DNA of 64,000 bases from Candidatus Levyibacteriota bacterium. Lineage in GTDB: Bacteria; Patescibacteriota; Microgenomatia; Levybacterales; UBA12049. The notes beneath the pieces were generated by a model. That model was not told where the DNA came from and searched no databases. It saw only the letters and a program-made list of their open reading frames with translations. A program made the translations under genes and the position numbers. Of this stretch, positions 29,249-37,387 are shown piece by piece (within the stretch, counting starts at the first letter, position 1; every line of letters begins with the position of its first letter). The DNA lies in the NCBI GenBank assembly GCA_052034235.1, contig JBPOIT010000011.1:37756-101755 (forward strand), given 5' to 3'.

Positions 29249-30796
29249 TTATTTTACCGTAACTGTAAAGTCTGCTGTAAACAGTTTTGCATCAGGATTA
29301 AACTGAGCAAAGACTCGGTATATTCCTGGTTTTATCGGGCCGTAGAGACCGAGCGGCATAAATTCAACAGTTGGGCCGCCATTGGCGTTTGGTTCTGGTG
29401 GTGTTATATTTGTCGGATGCACATGCAAATATTCAAATGTCTCCTGATTAATCATCACCAAATGGCCATAGGCAGCTAAATATGGTTTAAGCGTCGTTAC
29501 TGGTTTGCCAGATTTATCTTGAATAGTAAATGTCATCAGTTGTTTACCTATTGAGAGTTGCGACGCGAGAAGCGGCTTGGGAGCCTGCAAACTGACTTGG
29601 TAATCGCCAAATGCTTTTTTAAATGATTCATCAGGCACACTCGTTGCTTTAATGGCAGTCCCCTTCGAACCAACGGTTACTGTGAAAGCCATTTGTTGTT
29701 CAATTGCTCCCAATGGTTGAAAATCAAGATAAAGATGATATTCCCCTGCTTTTGGAAATTGCGTCGTTATCACAAAACCATCTTCACTTGCATCAGGATG
29801 AATGTGATTAAAATATGTCAGTGAACTATCTACGATAATTAAATGTACTGGTTTATCATAAAGTGTTTTGAAATAACGCACAGGATTGCCGGAACTTGCA
29901 TCAAAAACTTTAAACTGCAATTGTGTCTTTTGATTTGGTTTGATAGTGTCTTCGTATAGAAAACTTGTTGTGAAGCGTTTTGTTTTGTCACCATCCATTC
30001 CTGGCAGTTTGGGGGTATTTTGGGTAGTGTTCCCCTGTTGAGCCTCTTTCGCTAGTTGAATATGCTGACTGTGGACACTAAAAGGAGATTCTTTCTGCGG
30101 CATCACAACAGATGTTATATAAAAAGTAAGAACAGAAGCCACTACTATGATTGTTACCATACCAAACTTAGGGATTGATGGAAATTTATTATATAAAAAG
30201 GAATCAAATCGTATCGCTTCAAGTATAACTAAAAATGTTAATGCCCCAAAGAAAATCTGTGGGATGAATTCAGAGAAGGACCTGAAATGAGTTCCAAGCA
30301 TAAGTGCATGGATAACAATAAACAAACCTGCAAAATAGATAATTTGCTCCCACACTTTTGCTCTAAAAAAACGAAACCTCTTAACCAGAATCTCTATAGA
30401 CAGAAGCGAAACTATCGTAAGAATGGCTAACGCACAAAAACCAAGCACAGCGTTGAGGACATAACGATCGCTCAAAAAGAAAAGGCCCTCCCAGCCACCT
30501 AATAACCCGTAAAAAGCGATAGCTGCATGAATGGCTGCAAAATACCATGCTACGGCAATCGCGGGTTTATAAATACTTTTGTAAATGTTAAGCCAAGGAA
30601 GTGTGGGAAACGAATAATTGAGAGGTCTATATAGTAAAGCTATGTATAAACTTGTCAGTGCACTTAATGCATAGACTTGCGCAAGTCTGATAAGAAAAAC
30701 TGATCCATCTGAATAAACTAGCTGCAACAAACCAAAAACCAAGGCTGAATAAAGTACACAAGAGAAGAGCAGAGACAGTTTGCTTTTGTTGAGCAT
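29249..30796 (-). CDS. Ferric-reductase-like (MsrQ-type) TM domain fused to a His-rich extracytoplasmic domain
   Basis: TM His residues (AAIHA, VIHALMLG); duplicated VHLII...HIHP and GHLV...HVHP motifs. Confidence 0.7.
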   Translation of the reverse strand: MLNKSKLSLLFSCVLYSALVFGLLQLVYSDGSVFLIRLAQVYALSALTSLYIALLYRPLNYSFPTLPWLNIYKSIYKPAIAVAWYFAAIHAAIAFYGLLGGWEGLFFLSDRYVLNAVLGFCALAILTIVSLLSIEILVKRFRFFRAKVWEQIIYFAGLFIVIHALMLGTHFRSFSEFIPQIFFGALTFLVILEAIRFDSFLYNKFPSIPKFGMVTIIVVASVLTFYITSVVMPQKESPFSVHSQHIQLAKEAQQGNTTQNTPKLPGMDGDKTKRFTTSFLYEDTIKPNQKTQLQFKVFDASSGNPVRYFKTLYDKPVHLIIVDSSLTYFNHIHPDASEDGFVITTQFPKAGEYHLYLDFQPLGAIEQQMAFTVTVGSKGTAIKATSVPDESFKKAFGDYQVSLQAPKPLLASQLSIGKQLMTFTIQDKSGKPVTTLKPYLAAYGHLVMINQETFEYLHVHPTNITPPEPNANGGPTVEFMPLGLYGPIKPGIYRVFAQFNPDAKLFTADFTVTVK

Positions 30797-30840
30797 AAGA
30801 TTATTATACTAAATTTACATGCAATGGTATAATTATTTAT

Positions 30841-31992
30841 ATGGTGAAAAGAGTCATATATCTCATCCTTGTCCTTGTATTCATACTGCTGCTGATAATT
30901 GTACTGATACCGTGGTTGAACAGGACAAAAAATGCCGAGGCGTTGCCAGCACCAACCGGATCAATAATTACAAAAGACAAAATCTCTGCAGATCTACCGA
31001 GAGTTTCAGTCGTTGCATCAGGACTTGAAGTGCCGTGGGCTTTGGCCTTTCTACCGGATAATAGTTTACTTATAACCGAGCGCCCGGGAAAAGTTCGCTT
31101 GATAACTAGTGACGGTAAATTGCTCGCTGATCCCTTATTAAGCTTACCAGTCGTTCAAAAGATACAAGGTGAAGGTGGACTCCATGGAATTGTCCCTCAT
31201 CCGAATTTCACTGAAAACAACTATATATACCTCTATTATACGTATGAAAACACGGGGACAGGTTCACTTAATAGGGTCTCACGTTTTACTTTTGAAAAGA
31301 ATAAACTCGTTGATGAAACCACTATCGTAGACAAAATACCAGGAGCACTTTTTCATGATGGTGGAAGAATAAAATTTGGGCCTGATGATTTCCTCTATAT
31401 TACAACCGGTGATGCTCAAGAGCCATCATTTGCTCAAGACAAAAATTCACTTGCCGGAAAAATTCTTCGTGTCACTGACGACGGCCGCCCTGCACCTGAT
31501 AATCCTTTTAAGACTATGATTTATTCATACGGACACCGCAATCCCCAAGGGATCGCATGGGATGACACAAACAAACTTTGGCAGACAGAGCACGGAAGAT
31601 CAAATCCTTCCGGATACGATGAAGTCAACCTCATTCTCGCTGGCAAAAATTATGGCTGGCCTGAAATTGAAGGCGATGAAACAAAAACCGATATGGAAAC
31701 ACCGAAAAGCCAATCAGGACAGTCATTAGCATGGGCTCCTGGAGGCGCGACGTTTATAAATAATTCATTCTTTTTTACTGGACTTCGGGGACAAACACTC
31801 TATGAAGCAATAATTCAGAAAGATAACGTTGTCTCTTTTAAAGAGCATTTCGCTGGAGAATATGGTCGATTAAGAGACGTCATAACAGGTCCAGACGGTA
31901 TGTTGTATATGACGACAAGTAACAGAGACGGCAGGGGTATACCGGCAGGAAACGACGACAAAATTCTGAGAATTAACCCAGATAAATTATAG
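30841..31992 (+). CDS. PQQ-dependent sugar dehydrogenase (GSDH/YliI family)
   Basis: GLEVPWALAFLPD, HDGGRIKFGPD, YGHRNPQG, NYGWP, GRLRDV. Confidence 0.93.
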   Translation: MVKRVIYLILVLVFILLLIIVLIPWLNRTKNAEALPAPTGSIITKDKISADLPRVSVVASGLEVPWALAFLPDNSLLITERPGKVRLITSDGKLLADPLLSLPVVQKIQGEGGLHGIVPHPNFTENNYIYLYYTYENTGTGSLNRVSRFTFEKNKLVDETTIVDKIPGALFHDGGRIKFGPDDFLYITTGDAQEPSFAQDKNSLAGKILRVTDDGRPAPDNPFKTMIYSYGHRNPQGIAWDDTNKLWQTEHGRSNPSGYDEVNLILAGKNYGWPEIEGDETKTDMETPKSQSGQSLAWAPGGATFINNSFFFTGLRGQTLYEAIIQKDNVVSFKEHFAGEYGRLRDVITGPDGMLYMTTSNRDGRGIPAGNDDKILRINPDKL

Positions 31993-32013
31993 CCTCCCGT
32001 TTATATTTTTGAG

Positions 32014-32436
32014 CTACATCAAACCTAACACAACTCCCATAGCAAGCATTGATGCGAGTTGATAACCTGTATGAATAGCAAATAATGCCCATTTCTTTCC
32101 ACCAAAAATAACATCTGTTGCCTGAACTGGCATGATAAAACCTATCCACATCCAGAAAGCTGAACCAACTCCTGCGAGCAACATGTTATATTGATAAAAA
32201 TTTTGTGAGAGTGCCATGACATGGGATAAAACATATACTGTAAGTAACGAAAGAATAAAACTGACACCATACATCGGTCCCATTTTTTTCTGTGCTTCTT
32301 TCAAGCTTTCTTTGGTGTAACCCATGAGTTTCATCCAGGGCTTACCAAATAATGCATACGAATACCACAAAAAACCAATTGCCATACTCACAACGCCAGC
32401 GAGAATAACTGCCAAATAATTAACCTGAACATCCAT
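32014..32436 (-). CDS. DUF1761 family membrane protein
   Basis: VNYLAVILAG...GFLWYS..LFGKPW; SD GGAGGGGGTGA. Confidence 0.85.
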   Translation of the reverse strand: MDVQVNYLAVILAGVVSMAIGFLWYSYALFGKPWMKLMGYTKESLKEAQKKMGPMYGVSFILSLLTVYVLSHVMALSQNFYQYNMLLAGVGSAFWMWIGFIMPVQATDVIFGGKKWALFAIHTGYQLASMLAMGVVLGLM

Positions 32437-32547
32437 AAAACCTCACCCCCTCCCAAAGTGAAAAACACTTCAACTTGAGAGTAACATACTGTGCTAGAAA
32501 GAAAAAGTGTGAAATATATATAAATGTAGTCTCAGATTATTACTTGA

Positions 32548-33297
32548 TCAATATTTGGTGAGTTTGAGGAATTCGTTGAGGTAGGTAATGAGCATGGTTT
32601 CGAATTGTTTTTTTGTTACTTCTTCAGGCATGAGAAGCATGAATTTTTTGAAGAATTCATATTTTGCTGCCATAGGCTTATTAACTTGTGTGAGAAAAGT
32701 TCGTACTGCTTTCTCAACATGTCCACCTTTGTCGGCGATATTATGGCGCTGCAGATTAGCTTGTGCAAACGCAGTACCCAGAAGTGCATCAGCATTTTCC
32801 CATTGTTGCACCTGAGTCTTAGGTTTTTTATGTGGCGTATGAATCCAGCTTAAGAAAAATTCATTGAGATCGATCTCCGGAGAATTCTCGTTGAATATCT
32901 TAAATGAGATATCATCTGCGTAGAGATCTTGTAAATGATTAAGAATTGAATGCAAGATTTTCTCCTGATATTCTTCAACTGCTTGTCCATGCATTACCCA
33001 AGCAGTGATTGCTGTTAACAATTGATAATCGTGGGATGGATGATTGTGTAATGAATGATACACATGACTGAGTTCATGAATGAGCAAATTTATCGCAGCG
33101 CCTGACGCAAGCGCATCACCTGACACAACGATAACTGGTCTGCCATTTTGTTCTGTTGTATATCCCATATATGGGAGATTTTCATCCAAAATAACATCAA
33201 CATGCTCAGGGACAGGAAAGCCAGCATCGTCCATCATCGCAAGTGCCTGTTCTTTCACAATCAATAAATCTTCGTTAATAGATGTTTTCTTTTTCAT
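32548..33297 (-). CDS. HExxH zincin-like protein (DUF5781-like)
   Basis: LPYMGYT, LLIHELSHVY...HPSH, LQDLYADD. Confidence 0.65.
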   Translation of the reverse strand: MKKKTSINEDLLIVKEQALAMMDDAGFPVPEHVDVILDENLPYMGYTTEQNGRPVIVVSGDALASGAAINLLIHELSHVYHSLHNHPSHDYQLLTAITAWVMHGQAVEEYQEKILHSILNHLQDLYADDISFKIFNENSPEIDLNEFFLSWIHTPHKKPKTQVQQWENADALLGTAFAQANLQRHNIADKGGHVEKAVRTFLTQVNKPMAAKYEFFKKFMLLMPEEVTKKQFETMLITYLNEFLKLTKY

Positions 33298-33353
33298 AGA
33301 AGTGGTGTGATTATAACAAATGTAGCGAAAAAATGGCGGACGAAGACTTTTTT

Positions 33354-33465
33354 ACAAAAAAAAGAGCATCGCTTTCGTTATGTTAAAGATAAGTTCAAAA
33401 TACGAGAAGCAATGCTCTTAGGGTAAAGTACTTAATCCTTCAGATAAGAGAATAAAATTAAGTAC
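33354..33465 (-). ncRNA. Candidate ~110-nt two-hairpin small RNA
   Basis: TTGACA (33501-33496) and TGaTTTAAT promoter; 9-bp stem; ~17-bp stem followed by a U run. Confidence 0.45.
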
Positions 33466-33606
33466 ATATATATTAAATCAAATTTTTCACAGCGCTGTCA
33501 AGGTAAAAATCTGAAGCTAAATAACACGAATTGCATTGCTAATCCAACGAAAATTTTCACAACTGCAGAGTTACGCACATAAGACAATTTTCTTACAATA
33601 AACTAC

Positions 33607-34992
33607 TTATTTCTCCTTCAAAAATGTTAAAAAGTCTTTTTGCATCTTCTCTACTTTTTCAGTTCCCATTTTATGTAAATCCATAACAGCTTCGTTTGAT
33701 TCATTTATAAACTTTCGGTCCATCTCAGCAACATCCTGATTCACCACAAGAGCCATTTGGTTCATGCCCATGAGTTTGAGACCATTTAAACTCCGTACAC
33801 GTGAGAGTGCGACATATCCCATCCCAGGAACAAATGAACGACTAAGGTCAATTTCTGCAGCGTCCAAACTCATACCCTGACTTTTGTGAACGGTAATCGC
33901 CCAAGCAAGCCGCAAAGGCAGTTGAGATATACCTGCAAGTTCTTTATCATCCTCTTTTACTGTCCAATCCTCTTTTGAAACAGTAATTTCAGCACCATCA
34001 AATGTTCGCACTTTTGGCAAACCACTATCATCAAACCCAATTACCTCGCCCAATGTTCCATTTACATAACCCGCTTCCCAATTATTTTTAACAAACATAA
34101 CTTGCGCATTTTTTTTGAGGATCAATGTTTCAGGTGCAAGACAACTTCGACGCAAACCCTCAGTTAAACCCAAACTTCCCCTCCATGTCATATAATATTC
34201 CTTTACCTCCCCTTCAATCTGCTCCAAATGTTTGAGATTAATCGCATCGACATCGGTATTATGACTAAAAAGTCGTGTCGGCTTTGAATACCCTTGCACA
34301 TCTTTATCCAAGCGCTCGGATAAATACTCAACAGTCATTTCAGTTACATCACTATTTCTAATGTCGTTGAGAACACGTAAAAAAGCGCCATCATCTTGTC
34401 GATGTTGCTCATCCAAATAGCAAATTCGCAAATTCATATCATTCCAAATATCTGATTCAGTGACAAAATCAGCTTTGGGCTCTTTGGGTGGTACTTGCGA
34501 TTCAAATGAATCATCAAATGTTTGCTGGTTAGTTTGCACGGGAATTTTCTTTTTTGTAACTGGCGGCAGTTGGAAAAAATCACCACACATAATGACCTGC
34601 AAACCGCCAAATGGCGCACTATTCCCACGAAACGCTTTGGTAAGCATATCAATCATATCCAACTGATGAGCATGCAGCATTGAAATTTCGTCTATTATTA
34701 ATACTTTTGTTCTTTGCAGATTTTTACGCAGATACGGCCGTTTCATAAGTTCTGTTACATCGTGTTCATGAATCACATCTCGTATCCCAATCCCCGACCA
34801 ACTATGAATAGTTGTACCGCCCATATGTGTCGCAGCAATGCCTGTGGATGCAGTCACACCTACTGGGATTTTGTGTTCTTTCAGATACTTTATATATTGA
34901 TTAAGTAAATACGTTTTCCCAGAGCCAGCAGGTCCTGTGAGAAACACATTGTTGCCAAGTTTTAAAATATCAAGGGCTTCTTTCTGGGTCAT
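33607..34992 (-). CDS. PIF1 family 5'-3' DNA helicase
   Basis: GPAGSGKT, TGIAA, IIDEISM, PFGGLQ..GDFFQLPPV, LAWAITVHKSQGMS, YVALSR. Confidence 0.93.
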   Translation of the reverse strand: MTQKEALDILKLGNNVFLTGPAGSGKTYLLNQYIKYLKEHKIPVGVTASTGIAATHMGGTTIHSWSGIGIRDVIHEHDVTELMKRPYLRKNLQRTKVLIIDEISMLHAHQLDMIDMLTKAFRGNSAPFGGLQVIMCGDFFQLPPVTKKKIPVQTNQQTFDDSFESQVPPKEPKADFVTESDIWNDMNLRICYLDEQHRQDDGAFLRVLNDIRNSDVTEMTVEYLSERLDKDVQGYSKPTRLFSHNTDVDAINLKHLEQIEGEVKEYYMTWRGSLGLTEGLRRSCLAPETLILKKNAQVMFVKNNWEAGYVNGTLGEVIGFDDSGLPKVRTFDGAEITVSKEDWTVKEDDKELAGISQLPLRLAWAITVHKSQGMSLDAAEIDLSRSFVPGMGYVALSRVRSLNGLKLMGMNQMALVVNQDVAEMDRKFINESNEAVMDLHKMGTEKVEKMQKDFLTFLKEK

Positions 34993-35050
34993 AAAAAGTA
35001 AGGGTATCACGGGTACACCGAGTATCACAAGTAGCACATGCCATTAAGCT

Positions 35051-35914
35051 TTATCCGAGAACAATTATCACCACACCAATAACCATAATTGCAGCTCCAA
35101 AAAAACGCTCTTTAATATTATCCTCTTTAAATAATAATTTACCCCAGAGGATACCAAACAAGGCGCTCGTACGCTTTACTGCTGTAACATGTGGAACCAT
35201 AGTCAGTGAATAAGCTAACGAATAAGAAAGCATCGAAAGCCCTGTAAAGATACCAATTGGCACCAAAATGTGTATTTTTTTAAACACCGGCTGAAAAGAA
35301 ACTCTTTTGAAAAGGATAACGCATGTTAACAGAATGCTCGTCATACATGCTGAAGCGAATGCATAGATAAAAGAGTTTGCATTTACTATTGCCATTCTGT
35401 CAAAATTTGACGAAATACTCCAAGTAAAGGCAATAATCAGCATCATCCTTGACCCTTTATCTTTGACTAAACTCAATAATGGCTGCCATACACCATCTAC
35501 TCGTTTACTTAGGTTAAGAATATAAGACCCAACCACGGTAATAACAATCCCAAAGACACCGAAAACACTTGGGAACTCTCCAAGAATTATCGGTGAAGTA
35601 ATCAGTGCAAATATAGGTACAAAAGAAAGTATGGGCAAGGTGAGTGAAATTGGGCTTTCCTTCATCGCCTTAAAAAAGAGAATAGATGTGTATGAATAGA
35701 GAATCGAAGAAATAACAAGTGCTGTTAAAAATGTTGTATTAACAGGCTGCATGGAATGTGTGAGCATACATAAGGGAAAAAGGATCAGTAAAGAAAAAAT
35801 ATATTGAGACCATGCCATAAGTAAAGGATCAATTTTTTGAGTACCCCTTTTGCCAAAGATTGCAATAATCGACTGACAAAAAGCAGATAAAAGTGAAAAG
35901 ACAAACCACTGCAT
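35051..35914 (-). CDS. EamA/DMT family transporter
   Basis: About ten TMs in two repeats; start placed 7 nt after TGCTATAAT. Confidence 0.88.
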   Translation of the reverse strand: MQWFVFSLLSAFCQSIIAIFGKRGTQKIDPLLMAWSQYIFSLLILFPLCMLTHSMQPVNTTFLTALVISSILYSYTSILFFKAMKESPISLTLPILSFVPIFALITSPIILGEFPSVFGVFGIVITVVGSYILNLSKRVDGVWQPLLSLVKDKGSRMMLIIAFTWSISSNFDRMAIVNANSFIYAFASACMTSILLTCVILFKRVSFQPVFKKIHILVPIGIFTGLSMLSYSLAYSLTMVPHVTAVKRTSALFGILWGKLLFKEDNIKERFFGAAIMVIGVVIIVLG

Positions 35915-35948
35915 AGGCATCATTATAGCAGTATAAATAGAAAAAAAT

Positions 35949-37295
35949 TTAGCGGACGAAAAGTACTCCAAACAGACTTGCAACGATGATAAGTGCCATA
36001 CTGATGCCAAATTTGATCGTAAACTCTCGTGTTCCCATTGCATAGCTATACACTGTCTTTCCTGCGAGGTTTACAAAGTTTGCGAGAATAAATGCCCAAA
36101 CAGCAAGCTGTGTATCAATACTTTTACCTACAAGTTGTGCAGTGTTAATAATAACTGCGTCCAAACCAATCAGCGCGCCGATACCCGTTGCAACTAAAAA
36201 TCCGCTGTTACCAAAAAATTCCAAGGCAATTTTTGAAAAGATACTTATCACGAGAAACAAACTCGTAAACTTCAATGCGCCTTTTAAATTAATAATTTCT
36301 GAACTCTTGGCAGTTTCTTTTTCAGAAGCACTACTCTGTTTCGTCTTTTCTTTTGACCTGAGAAAATAAATCAGTGTTATCAAAGCTGCTGCAATCATCA
36401 AACCTAAAACCGGCAGTAAAGAAATAAGAAACATGCTGCTTAACGCGGCGATGATAAAAGCAATTTGGAAAAAACTGACCATGTTGGCAAGAACCGCTGC
36501 CGCCACAAGATGATTGACTCCCCTATTTGAACGGCTTTCCTGCGCAAGTGATTGCGTCGTTGCAGTAGAAGAAATAAACCCACCTGCTGCACTTGCGAGT
36601 AACCATCCACGTTTTTGTCCAATTGTTCGCTCAAGAACATAGCCAATCAAATCAACTCCTGTGACCAAAGCAACAATGAGCCATAATTTGAACGGATTAA
36701 AAAGTTCAAGTTCGGCAATCTTTTTTATATTCACACCAACATTTGCAAGAAGATCACGCATGACTGGGATATCTGCAATTGAATAACTCGTGTTAGGCAA
36801 AAACGGCAAAATAACAAGCGCAATAATGGCAAAACTTATAAAAGCGTTTAGCTCGGTTTTTTTGATATCTTCAACGACATTTTTAATTCTCGCTTTTTGT
36901 GAGAGAAGAAGAATAATAAGTACAGTCAAAGCCAGTACCAACTGGATTGGCACGACTTCTAACATTAACAGAAGACCAATTAGAAAACTGTAAAGTACTG
37001 CAATTTCTGTTGTAAAACCATGATCTTTTGTTTTTTGTACATCAAGAAAATAAAACAGCAGAAGCATTAATATAAATCCACCCGCGATTAGAATTGCTAA
37101 TGGTAAAAATTTGAGATACAAAAGTCCCGCAATTGCTCCCAAACCCGTAACAAGAGAAAACGTCCGAATACCTAACACTGCCGAAGGTTTATTGTGGTAA
37201 TTGCCTTCCTTCTCATTTATTTCTCTTTCAAGGCCGATTACGCCGCCGAGAATAAACGCCATAAATAATTTAACACCTTCAGAAATATTTTCCAT
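35949..37295 (-). CDS. MgtC/SapB family protein with DUF4010
   Basis: GGVIGLERE, GIRTF, GFTTE, GGFISSTAT. Confidence 0.9.
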   Translation of the reverse strand: MENISEGVKLFMAFILGGVIGLEREINEKEGNYHNKPSAVLGIRTFSLVTGLGAIAGLLYLKFLPLAILIAGGFILMLLLFYFLDVQKTKDHGFTTEIAVLYSFLIGLLLMLEVVPIQLVLALTVLIILLLSQKARIKNVVEDIKKTELNAFISFAIIALVILPFLPNTSYSIADIPVMRDLLANVGVNIKKIAELELFNPFKLWLIVALVTGVDLIGYVLERTIGQKRGWLLASAAGGFISSTATTQSLAQESRSNRGVNHLVAAAVLANMVSFFQIAFIIAALSSMFLISLLPVLGLMIAAALITLIYFLRSKEKTKQSSASEKETAKSSEIINLKGALKFTSLFLVISIFSKIALEFFGNSGFLVATGIGALIGLDAVIINTAQLVGKSIDTQLAVWAFILANFVNLAGKTVYSYAMGTREFTIKFGISMALIIVASLFGVLFVR

Positions 37296-37387
37296 GGGGC
37301 TATTATAGTAAAATTATTGAGAATTGCAAATCTTATAGGGTTTATTGCAAATCTAGGACTGCTGATGTATAAATAGCTCACATCAAT

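Noticed and set aside
33607-34992. PIF1 helicase as a marker of a mobile element
   Set aside because: No Rep, transposase, integrase or terminal repeats nearby; it looks chromosomal.
35001-35040. Short gtatcac/gtagcac repeats between eamA and the PIF1 gene
   Set aside because: Too short and irregular to support a function.
37323-37354. Direct repeat attgcaaatct x2 considered as an operator
   Set aside because: Each copy contains the palindrome TTGCAA at a plausible -35 distance from the -10 of one of the two divergent genes, which explains it.
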